A stretch of 64,000 bases of DNA, taken from contig JAJUIB010000008.1 of NCBI GenBank assembly GCA_029265615.1, forward strand, positions 40,256 through 104,255, written 5' to 3'. Of the stretch, positions 50,656-58,372 are shown one piece after another; positions within the stretch are counted from its first letter, which is position 1; each line of letters begins with the position of its first letter. Origin of the DNA: Spirochaetota bacterium. Its GTDB lineage: Bacteria; Spirochaetota; Spirochaetia; Treponematales; Rectinemataceae. A program made the translations under genes and the position numbers. A model generated the notes under the pieces. The model was not told where the DNA came from. It searched no databases and worked only from the letters and a program-made list of their open reading frames with translations.

Positions 50656-51440
50656 TGGGCCGCATCCTTTCCGACTACCTCCGTCCGGCGCTCGACATTC
50701 TGCTCCTTGCGTTCCTCCTCTATAAGACCTACGAGTTACTCGTGCGTACGCAGGCGATACAGCTCGTCAAGGGCGCGCTCATCCTCGCTGGGTTTTATGC
50801 GATCGCGTTCTTCCTGCAACTTTCGACGGTCACCTGGGTGCTCAACATCCTTGCCCCCGGCCTTGTTATCGCGCTCGCGATCGTATTTCAGCCTGAACTT
50901 CGCAAAATATTCGTGCGTATCGGGCAGGGATCCTTCCTCCGCACCGGCGCTCGTCCACGTATTGGCCAGATCGAGGCGGCTCTAAACGCGGCGGAGGCCC
51001 TGTCTGCGAAGCGCCGCGGCGCGCTCATCGTGTTCGCACGCAATGTCGGCCTTAAGAACGTCGCCGACACTGGGACGCGGCTTGACGCCCTTGTGTCATC
51101 GAGCCTCCTTGTGTCGATTTTCGCCTTCGACACGCCGCTCCACGACGGCGCCGTGGTCATCCAGGATGGGCGGGTGACTGCCGCCGGCTGTCTTTTACCG
51201 CTGTCAGAGCAGCAGGACATCCGCAAGAGTTTCGGCACGCGGCACCGGGCCGCCCTCGGGCTTTCCGAAGAGGCCGATGCCGTTGTCCTCGTTGTCTCCG
51301 AGGAGACGGGTGCGCTCTCCCTGGCCTACGACTCAAAACTCTACTACGGGCTCTCGCCCGAGCAGGTACGGCGTCGCCTTGGCGAGCTTCTCGAGCTCCC
51401 GCCTGGGGGAGAGGCGGACGCCGCGGAGGCCTTTGAATGA
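50655..51440 (+). CDS. cdaA: Diadenylate cyclase CdaA (membrane-anchored DAC domain)
   Basis: N-terminal TM helices. TPLHDGAVVI and GTRHRAALGLSEEADAVVLVVSEETGALS motifs. GTG overlaps the folP stop by 1 nt and is preceded by GAAGGGAGG. Confidence 0.88.
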   Translation: MGRILSDYLRPALDILLLAFLLYKTYELLVRTQAIQLVKGALILAGFYAIAFFLQLSTVTWVLNILAPGLVIALAIVFQPELRKIFVRIGQGSFLRTGARPRIGQIEAALNAAEALSAKRRGALIVFARNVGLKNVADTGTRLDALVSSSLLVSIFAFDTPLHDGAVVIQDGRVTAAGCLLPLSEQQDIRKSFGTRHRAALGLSEEADAVVLVVSEETGALSLAYDSKLYYGLSPEQVRRRLGELLELPPGGEADAAEAFE

Positions 51441-52393
51441 GTTCCAAGGGGTTTTGGGAACGTGCGTTCGCCGACTGGCCAGCCAAGATTCTATCGCTCG
51501 CCGCGGCGCTACTTCTTTTCTTGTTTTACCGCCTTAACCGCCTTGAGGAGCGGTACCTCTCCGTGCCCCTCGCCGTCGAGACCAACGGCGAGTACGTTCC
51601 GGCTTCGCCCTATCCGCGAAGCATTCGCATAACGCTTCGCGGCGAGGCCGGATCGCTGTATGCGGTCGAGGAGGGCGACATCCGTGCGGTACTCGACCTT
51701 TCAGATCGGCGCGAGGAAGGCATGGTGAAATGCCCCGTGACCGTCGAAAAATTCGGGAGCGCACTCGGGATAGATCCGCTTGAGATCCGCGTGGAGCCCG
51801 CCGAGCTCAGCCTCACGCTCGAACGGAGGGCAACGCGCATCGTGCCCGTGACACCGGCCTTTCGTGGCTACCTTGAGCCGGGCTATGAACTTCTCTCCTT
51901 CGAGCTCGCCCCGCCCGAGGTGGAGATCGCAGGGCCTGCGAGCGCCGTCGCGCGCATGCGGGATGTCACGACTGAGCCGATCGAGCTTTCGGGTCGCAAG
52001 GAGAACTTTTCCCAGGCGGCGGCGCTTTCGCGTAAGGATCCCTTTGTCGAGTATCTCGGTGTCGCCGAGGTTCGCTTTAAGGCGACGATCCAGCCCTCGG
52101 TCGCGGTGAAGAGTTTCGAGTCCGTGGAGATAGCGGTCGTGGGGTTGCCCGAAGGGCTTGAGGTGGACGAACCGCTCCCCCTCGGCAGGCTCAGGCTCCA
52201 GTCGTCCAAGGCGGAGCTCCGCGACTTTGTGCCTGGGGCAAATGCGCTTTCGGTCGATCTTTCGGTGGCGCGCAAACCGGGCGTCTACACGGTCGCGGTG
52301 AAGGCGAACCTGCCGCCTGAGTTTTCGGTCGAGTACTATGAGCCTGAGGCGCTCTCGGTCCGCGTGGTTGCTCGAAAGGAGGCCTCTCCGTGA
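51437..52393 (+). CDS. cdaR: YbbR-domain protein CdaR (CdaA regulator)
   Basis: N-terminal TM segment then repeated YbbR-like segments. ATGA overlap with cdaA, which is the canonical position. Confidence 0.75.
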   Translation: MSSKGFWERAFADWPAKILSLAAALLLFLFYRLNRLEERYLSVPLAVETNGEYVPASPYPRSIRITLRGEAGSLYAVEEGDIRAVLDLSDRREEGMVKCPVTVEKFGSALGIDPLEIRVEPAELSLTLERRATRIVPVTPAFRGYLEPGYELLSFELAPPEVEIAGPASAVARMRDVTTEPIELSGRKENFSQAAALSRKDPFVEYLGVAEVRFKATIQPSVAVKSFESVEIAVVGLPEGLEVDEPLPLGRLRLQSSKAELRDFVPGANALSVDLSVARKPGVYTVAVKANLPPEFSVEYYEPEALSVRVVARKEASP

Positions 52394-52761
52394 TCCTCGG
52401 CATCGGCGTCGACATTGTGCATGTGCGGCGCATTCATCACTGGCTCTCCGTTCCGGGGCTTGTCGATCGTTTTTTCCATCCCGACGAGATCGCTGCAGCG
52501 CGCGGCCGCGGCCATTCCGCCGCACTCTCTCTCGCCGCGCGTTTTGCGGCGAAGGAGGCGTTCGGAAAGGCTCTGGGTACAGGGCTTGCGGGCATTGTTC
52601 TCAGAGACATCCAGGTCATCAACAACCACAACGGCCGCCCCGATATCAGGCTCCACGGGACGGCGCTCAAGCGCCTCGAGGACCTGGGCGGGAAGCGCGT
52701 TCTCCTCACCCTGACGCACGAAAGCGACAACGCGGTTGCCGTTGTCGTGATCGAGGGCTGA
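52390..52761 (+). CDS. acpS: Holo-[acyl-carrier-protein] synthase
   Basis: ILGIGVDIVHVRRI and FAAKEAFGKALGTG motifs; 123 aa. GTGA overlap with cdaR. Confidence 0.85.
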   Translation: MILGIGVDIVHVRRIHHWLSVPGLVDRFFHPDEIAAARGRGHSAALSLAARFAAKEAFGKALGTGLAGIVLRDIQVINNHNGRPDIRLHGTALKRLEDLGGKRVLLTLTHESDNAVAVVVIEG

Positions 52762-52764
52762 CGC

Positions 52765-53649
52765 ATGATCCGACCATCGACGCATCCCGAACGGGAAGAC
52801 AAGGAGCGGAAGGTAACTTTCATTGCGAAGGACTCGACCCACTGCCCCGTCTGCGACGCGACGTTCAAGCGCGAAGAGCTTTTTTCAGGTAGGGTCAACG
52901 CGGGCGACTTGAGCGACGAACTCCACCGCAGTTACATTCCCATGCAGGCCTATGGCGAGGTGCACCCGCTTGTCTACGATGTGACCGTCTGCCCTTCCTG
53001 TTGGTACGCGGCGTTCAAGAGCGACTTCCTCGCTGCGCCTGAGCGTGCGCGTGGCGAGCTTTTGGACTCCATCTCACGCCGAATCGAGGCCGCACAACGC
53101 GTGTTCGAACCGCTTGATTTCGGCGGCTCGCGGGGGCTTGTTGAAGGGGCTGCGAGCTACTATCTTGCGATGCTCTCCTACGAGACCTTTACCAAGGACT
53201 TCTCTCCAACAATCAAGCAGGGGCTTTCGGCTCTCCGCGCCGCCTGGCTCTGCCAGGAGCTCGACGCGCGCCGCCCCGGCGAAAATTTTGCCTATATGGC
53301 GGAGATATTCCACCGCAAGGCGCGCTTCCTCTATCGACTTGCCGTCGAGCTCGATCAGAAGGGAGAGGAGCGCCTGTCGGAGGTGAAGTGGCTCGGCCCC
53401 GACACTGACAAGAACTATGGGTACGAGGGAGTCCTCTATCTCCAGGGTGTGCTTGAACTCAAATACGGGCCGCGAGGGGACGAAGCGGGGAGGGCCGAGC
53501 GGCTCGATGCCTCGAGGCGGGCGATTGCGAAGATGTTCGGCCTGGGAAGGCGGAGCAAGTCGAAGCCCGGCCCGCTCCTCGACAAGGCCCGCGAGCTATA
53601 CGAGCGGCTCAAGGAGGAGCTCAACGCCGACGATGAAGCCGATGATTGA
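52765..53649 (+). CDS. DUF2225-family protein (zinc-ribbon plus helical repeat)
   Basis: CPVCDATFKREELFSGRV...VTVCPSCWYA matches the DUF2225 pattern as I recall it. Confidence 0.7.
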   Translation: MIRPSTHPEREDKERKVTFIAKDSTHCPVCDATFKREELFSGRVNAGDLSDELHRSYIPMQAYGEVHPLVYDVTVCPSCWYAAFKSDFLAAPERARGELLDSISRRIEAAQRVFEPLDFGGSRGLVEGAASYYLAMLSYETFTKDFSPTIKQGLSALRAAWLCQELDARRPGENFAYMAEIFHRKARFLYRLAVELDQKGEERLSEVKWLGPDTDKNYGYEGVLYLQGVLELKYGPRGDEAGRAERLDASRRAIAKMFGLGRRSKSKPGPLLDKARELYERLKEELNADDEADD

Positions 53650-54520
53650 CACACGACGCAACATCCGCCTCGAGCTTGCGTACGACGGAACGGATTTTTC
53701 GGGCTGGCAGCGGCAGAAGGGTGCGCGTTCGGTCCAGGAGGAGCTTGAGCGCGCCCTCTTTGCGATGCATAGCCACCCCGTGCAGACCGTCGGCGCAGGC
53801 AGGACCGATGCAGGTGTGCATGCGCACCGCCAAGTGGCCAATTTCTACACCGACATCCGCTCCATACCCGCGGAAAAATTCGTCCCTGCCCTCAACAAGC
53901 TCCTTCCGCGCGATGTGAGGATCCTCGGTGCGGAGGATGCGGAGCTCGACTTCCATGCGCGATACGACGCCCGGCTCAGGCGCTACCGCTATTTCACGCT
54001 CTGCGGAAGTGTGTTCGACCCATTTCGGCTGCGTTATGCGCATCAGCTTTATAGACGGCCCGACATCGAGGTGCTCAACGGTATGGCGTCGGCGCTCCTC
54101 GGCGAGATCGACTTCACCGCGCTTTCTTCGGCCCGCGACACGAGCCTTTCGCGCTGCCGCTTCGTCCATGAGGCATCGTTCCGCTGGGAGGGCAACATGC
54201 TCGTGTTTGAGATAGCGGCTAACGCGTTCCTCTGGCGTATGGTGCGCTCGATCGTCGGAACACTTTTTTGGCTCGAGGCGTCGGGTAAGGGTGCGTCTGA
54301 GCTTCGCGCAATACTTGCTTCAAAGGACCGCTCATTGGCCGGTCCCACGGCAAGCGCGCGCGGTCTTTTTCTGTGGAACGTCGAATACTATGCCGCGCCG
54401 ACGCGGCCGGGTCGTGCGCAGCAGGACCACTTGCTACAGGGCAGTTCGCTGCACGATAACGGCGAGACCTCGGCCGCATCGGCGAAGGCCTTGCGAGGAA
54501 TGGCTGTAAGGGGCGGATGA
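53633..54520 (+). CDS. truA: tRNA pseudouridine(38-40) synthase
   Basis: IRLELAYDGTDFSGWQRQ and GAGRTDAGVHA motifs. ATG at 53633 overlaps the previous gene by 17 nt. Confidence 0.88.
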   Translation: MKPMIDTRRNIRLELAYDGTDFSGWQRQKGARSVQEELERALFAMHSHPVQTVGAGRTDAGVHAHRQVANFYTDIRSIPAEKFVPALNKLLPRDVRILGAEDAELDFHARYDARLRRYRYFTLCGSVFDPFRLRYAHQLYRRPDIEVLNGMASALLGEIDFTALSSARDTSLSRCRFVHEASFRWEGNMLVFEIAANAFLWRMVRSIVGTLFWLEASGKGASELRAILASKDRSLAGPTASARGLFLWNVEYYAAPTRPGRAQQDHLLQGSSLHDNGETSAASAKALRGMAVRGG

Positions 54521-55251
54521 CCATGATCACTCAGGCGCAGGCTCTCTCGAACGCCGCCTTCATTTTCGACCTCGATGGGACGCTTGTCGACTCGGAGCCC
54601 AACTACAGCGCGAGCGACCGTGCCTTTTTTCGCCGCTACGGCATCGACTATGACGAGGATCTTAACCGGCACCTCATGGGGCGGGGTATTCGCGACGCGC
54701 TTCGCATTCTCGAGGAGCGTTTCCCTAAAAGCCCCTATCACTGCCTCCCGATGGCGGAGAGGATTAGGCTCAAGGACGAGGCCTATCTTGCCTATGCCCG
54801 TGGACGTACGCGCGCGTTTCCTGCCATGCTCGCATTTGTGCGCTCTCTTGCTTCGCGTGGTGCGCCCTGCGCCGTCGCATCGGGTTCGGCTCCCGACGTC
54901 ATCGGCCAGTGCATCGAGGAGGCTGGCTACGGCGGCTGTTTTCGCCACATTGTGTCCGCCGCCGAGGTGCCGCGCGGCAAGCCGGCGCCCGATGTCTTTC
55001 TCGAGGCGGCCCGCCGCCTCGCCGTGCCCGCCGCGCGCTGCCTCGTATTCGAAGATACGGGCGTTGGTCTTGAAGCGGCACTCGCCGCAGGCATGCGCTG
55101 CGTTCTTTTGCCGGCCCCCGGCATGGAGCCTGAGGGCGCCGAGCGGGCGCTTGCGCTTTTCACTGGTGGGCCCGCGGCTGCGGAACCAGAGGCACTCCTT
55201 CGCATCGCAAAGGAGTTCGCTGCTGCAGAGGCAGCATGTTCGAGCGCGTAA
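54517..55251 (+). CDS. HAD-superfamily hydrolase (beta-phosphoglucomutase-like subfamily IA)
   Basis: FIFDLDGTLVDSE motif I and GKPAPDVFL motif III. ATGA overlap with truA. Confidence 0.8.
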   Translation: MTMITQAQALSNAAFIFDLDGTLVDSEPNYSASDRAFFRRYGIDYDEDLNRHLMGRGIRDALRILEERFPKSPYHCLPMAERIRLKDEAYLAYARGRTRAFPAMLAFVRSLASRGAPCAVASGSAPDVIGQCIEEAGYGGCFRHIVSAAEVPRGKPAPDVFLEAARRLAVPAARCLVFEDTGVGLEAALAAGMRCVLLPAPGMEPEGAERALALFTGGPAAAEPEALLRIAKEFAAAEAACSSA

Positions 55252-55252
55252 A

Positions 55253-55284
55253 CAAAAGGGGGCTCTCGTGCTTGAGGCCCCCTT
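55253..55284 (-). terminator. Hairpin with a T-run on the minus strand (terminator of the cNMP-binding gene; also lies at the end of the plus-strand operon)
   Basis: Minus-strand read AAGGGGGC-13 nt loop-GCCCCCTT-TTGT. Confidence 0.5.
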
Positions 55285-55313
55285 CGTGCGCACATGCGTG
55301 ATGCGCCGCGTTT

Positions 55314-55760
55314 TCAGCTCTTGATGGCGCGAAGGCCGATGAGGGCGTCGTTCGTCTCGCGGAAGCGTTTCACCACGATGGGAAGTAACTCAAGCGCCGC
55401 CTCGGGGTGGGCTTTTAGGAAGGAATTGAACTCCCAGGAGGCGAGCACAAGACAGGTCGTCTCGGTCACCGCCTTGACGCTTGCCGAGCGCGGCGAGCCG
55501 TCGAACACCGCCATCTCGCCCATGATGTCGCCGGGGCCGTTTTCGGCGATCTCGACCTCCCGTCCGGAGGCGTCCGTTTTTTCGATTCTCACCTTGCCGG
55601 AAAGAATGATAAAGAGACCGATGCCGCTTTCACCCTGCTTCATGAGGTATTCGCCGGGCTGGAAACTCCGCTCGGTGCAGATGCCCGCAATGCCCTTTAT
55701 GAACTTCGGGTTGAGATTCTCGAAAAGGCCGACTTTCGCCAGGGCCTGCTCTTTGTCCAT
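55314..55760 (-). CDS. Stand-alone cyclic-nucleotide-binding domain protein
   Basis: ATG at 55760 preceded by AAAGGAG. cNMP-binding pattern FENLNPKFIKGIAGICTERSFQPGEYLMKQGESGIGLFIILSGKVRI...GDIMGEMAVFDGSPRSASVKA. Confidence 0.8.
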   Translation of the reverse strand: MDKEQALAKVGLFENLNPKFIKGIAGICTERSFQPGEYLMKQGESGIGLFIILSGKVRIEKTDASGREVEIAENGPGDIMGEMAVFDGSPRSASVKAVTETTCLVLASWEFNSFLKAHPEAALELLPIVVKRFRETNDALIGLRAIKS

Positions 55761-55884
55761 GTGCACTCCTTTCATTCAGTATGAGTAAGATAGAGGAGCT
55801 CCCGTGCGGCGTCAAGGATGAATACGCTTGAAGCCCTGCACCCGGTAACGTTAGCATAAAGGCCCTTTAAGCAAAGGAGTTGAA

Positions 55885-56886
55885 ATGCCGCAGGGGAAAA
55901 ACACGGCCCGAGAGCTTCGCCCTATGGGTGCGACGCCGCTTCCATCCGAGTTGAGACGTTGGGAGGGATGTGCTGGTCCCGAGGCGGCATCGGGACCGCG
56001 CGTCGATCGCTGGCTCGCCGAAACGATGCACGTTATCGGCCGCTCGCAGCTCAAGGCGCGCGGCGCGGAAATCCGCATAAACGGCAGGGATGCGAAACCC
56101 TCGCGCGCTCTCAGGCCCGGCGACCGGGTCGAGGTCGTCTGGGCAGAAGAGCCGCCTGAGGGCATTGCCCCCGAGGCGATACCGCTTTCGGTGCTCTATG
56201 AGGATGCGCGGGTCATCGTTGTCGACAAAGCTCAGGGCATGGTGACCCATCCGGGCCATGGAAACCGGCGCGGCACCCTCGCCAACGCGCTTATGGGACG
56301 CCTTGTGGCCGCGCAGCGTGGCGATGTGCTGGACTCGTTCCGGGCAGGTATCGTCCACCGCCTCGATAAGGACACTTCCGGCGTCATCATTGCGGCAAAG
56401 GATGTCGAAAGCCAGGCGGCACTCGCCGCGCAATTCAAGGATCGCTCGACGCGCAAACTCTATGTCGCGGTGACTAAAGGCTTGCCTCATCCATCTGCCG
56501 GGCGGATCGAAAACCGGCTTGGGCGCGACCCGCGCGACCGCAAGCGCTTTGCACCGGTCGCGGAAGGGGGCAAGGCCGCCCTTACCGAATACCGTGTGCT
56601 CGCCTGCTATGGGCCCTATGCCTTCGTCCTGCTCCAACCCCGCACCGGACGCACCCACCAGCTTCGCGTCCATCTTGCGGGGCTCGGAACGCCGATTCTT
56701 GGTGATCCTCTGTATGGAAGGCGCGACGCCGCATTCCCCGAGGCCACGCTCATGCTCCATGCCTATCGGCTCTGGATCCGCCTTCCGGGCGATCGCGATC
56801 CCTCGCGTTTTACCGCGCCCCTTCCGCGGCGATTCCGCGCCTTGCTCGCCGAGCTCAAGCGGCGATACGGAGCGTCCCCTCTGTAA
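55885..56886 (+). CDS. rluD: RluA/RluD-family 23S rRNA pseudouridine synthase with S4 domain
   Basis: S4-like RVDRWLAE...RSQLK. Catalytic motif HRLDKDTSGVIIAAK. HQLRVHL motif. Confidence 0.85.
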   Translation: MPQGKNTARELRPMGATPLPSELRRWEGCAGPEAASGPRVDRWLAETMHVIGRSQLKARGAEIRINGRDAKPSRALRPGDRVEVVWAEEPPEGIAPEAIPLSVLYEDARVIVVDKAQGMVTHPGHGNRRGTLANALMGRLVAAQRGDVLDSFRAGIVHRLDKDTSGVIIAAKDVESQAALAAQFKDRSTRKLYVAVTKGLPHPSAGRIENRLGRDPRDRKRFAPVAEGGKAALTEYRVLACYGPYAFVLLQPRTGRTHQLRVHLAGLGTPILGDPLYGRRDAAFPEATLMLHAYRLWIRLPGDRDPSRFTAPLPRRFRALLAELKRRYGASPL

Positions 56887-56946
56887 GGCGCGTCCATTGG
56901 GGGCGCGATTTTTGTATGTGGCGTGCCGCCTGCACGCTCGCGCTTT

Positions 56947-57309
56947 TTAGAGTTTGAGGACGGATTTTACCGCCGCAAGAAGTTCTTCTTTTTGGAAGGG
57001 TTTTGCGAGAAACGAGCTTGCGCCTAGTTTGAGTGATTCGTCGCGAAGGGCTGCCTCATCCTGCGTGGTGAGAACGATGATGGGCGCTTTTGCCGCGTTG
57101 GGCACGCTTGCACGGGCTTTTAAAAAATCGATGCCGCTCATTACCGGCATGTTGATATCAAGGATGATGCAGTCAAAGGATGCGCTTTTGAGCTTTTCAA
57201 GAGCGTCTTGACCGTTTTCTGCCTCGTAAACCTCGTGGCCAGCGCCCTTGAGTGCAAGAGCGACGATTTTTCGCATCGTGGAGGAATCGTCAACGGCGAG
57301 AAAATTCAT
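56947..57309 (-). CDS. Single-domain response regulator (CheY-like)
   Basis: MNFLAVDDSSTMRKIV...CIILDINMPVMSG...AKPF receiver motifs; 120 aa. Confidence 0.85.
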   Translation of the reverse strand: MNFLAVDDSSTMRKIVALALKGAGHEVYEAENGQDALEKLKSASFDCIILDINMPVMSGIDFLKARASVPNAAKAPIIVLTTQDEAALRDESLKLGASSFLAKPFQKEELLAAVKSVLKL

Positions 57310-57505
57310 GTATTCGCTCCTTCAGGCAGGAGCATCCCGCCTGAAGAAGCGGTGCGGAACGGCATCCTGCCCAGGGCTAATTATAAGCGAGCGCCGCAGC
57401 CCGAGCAAATTCCTACAATCCGCCCCATGCCTCCGCGGGGGGAACGGCGGGCTCCGCGCCGCGATGGGATGCGGTTGGCTAGGGGGTGTGCGCCAGGGTG
57501 CGGGT

Positions 57506-57538
57506 AAATAAAAACCGCGCTGGCGGCCTCAGCGCGGT
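57506..57538 (-). terminator. Intrinsic terminator after the RRM gene
   Basis: Minus-strand read ACCGCGCTG-aggccgc-CAGCGCGGT-TTTTATTT. Confidence 0.6.
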
Positions 57539-57584
57539 ATCGTTTTACAAAGTCAGGCGCTCCTTACGGAGCCACGGCAAGGAC

Positions 57585-57875
57585 TTAGTAGCGGCGGGGG
57601 CCATTCGAGCGGAAACCATCACGCCGCGGCTTGTCTTCAGCCTCGTTGACGCGGAGCTGGCGGCCCATGAACTCAAAGCCGTTCAGGGCTTCGATAGCGG
57701 CGCGCGCCTCTTCCTCGGTGTTCATCTCTACGAAGCCGAAGCCTTTGGCCTTTCCCGTGTAGCGGTCGACGATGATGTTGACCGAAGCCACCTCGCCATA
57801 TTGGGCAAAGAGATCCTTAAGCTGGTTCTCCTGGGTGGCATAGTTCATGTTGCCGACGTAAACCTTCTTGGACAT
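57585..57875 (-). CDS. RRM-type (RNP-1) RNA-binding protein
   Basis: RNP2 KVYVGNM and RNP1 KGFGFVEM. ATG at 57875 preceded by GAGG with 6-nt spacing. R/G-rich C-terminal tail. Confidence 0.85.
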   Translation of the reverse strand: MSKKVYVGNMNYATQENQLKDLFAQYGEVASVNIIVDRYTGKAKGFGFVEMNTEEEARAAIEALNGFEFMGRQLRVNEAEDKPRRDGFRSNGPRRY

Positions 57876-58219
57876 GCAAAACCTCATACGTGGCTGATCA
57901 TCGGTCTGGCCGATGGTCGTGCCGGATTCATTCGCACACGGCGAATGCGCCCGCTTTCGCAGGCGTACGGCGGCTTTCTGGAAGGCCGTTCAGAGATCCC
58001 GACTGACATCATTGAGCCGAAAACGGGCGAAGGCGAGGAAAGGTGGTGGCTTTCTTTACCTGCGATGTGCTGACCGCGGAGATTCCCCCGCTCGGCCGCT
58101 GAGCGGGAGTGCCCCTCCGTGTAGGTACGGACGTTGGTGCGGACCCTGTTTTCTACCTCAGACATGGAGAAGGCGAACTTATCCCTCCGAAAGTACGCGG
58201 AAGCCCATTCGGGATTCCG
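57876..58219 (-). promoter_or_regulatory. Predicted ~345-nt structured 5' leader (or separate ncRNA) upstream of the RRM gene
   Basis: No convincing ORF or RBS. It lies between a TTGACG-N17-TATAGT promoter and the RRM start codon. Several nested hairpins can be read from the sequence (see findings). Confidence 0.4.
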
Positions 58220-58225
58220 AAAACA

Positions 58226-58254
58226 ACTATAACTGCCCCAGGGTACGCCGTCAA
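58226..58254 (-). promoter_or_regulatory. Sigma70-like promoter TTGACG-N17-TATAGT (minus strand)
   Basis: Minus-strand read aTTGACGgcgtaccctggggcagtTATAGTtg. The -10 is the same as in the tRNA-Asp promoter. Confidence 0.5.
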
Positions 58255-58308
58255 TCGTAATTCCAGTAAAAGCAACGATTTTCGGCAATTTTGACCAAGC
58301 GCTAAACC

Positions 58309-58336
58309 TTGACAAATGAACACCCATCCGTATAAT
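58309..58336 (+). promoter_or_regulatory. Consensus sigma70 promoter TTGACA-N16-TATAAT for rny
   Basis: Both hexamers are perfect. The -10 ends 36 nt before the ATG at 58373, and the RBS GGGGGA lies in between. Confidence 0.6.
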
Positions 58337-58372
58337 CGAAACGGACGCACAAAACCATAAGTAGGGGGAAGC

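Noticed and set aside
57940-58170. Possible known RNA family in the RRM leader. I looked for the RNase P GAGGAAAGTCC box, the tmRNA tRNA-like end, the SRP GGAAGGAAGCAGC motif, the B12 box, the TPP CTGAGA/ACCTGATCTGG elements and the guanidine-I (ykkC) motifs.
   Set aside because: Only a loose resemblance to ykkC sub-motifs was seen (GGGTCCG...GTCCG...ACACGGAGGGG). The invariant GGUCCGAGAG element and the helix lengths are missing, and the downstream gene is not a guanidine-related function. The region is reported as an unclassified leader instead.
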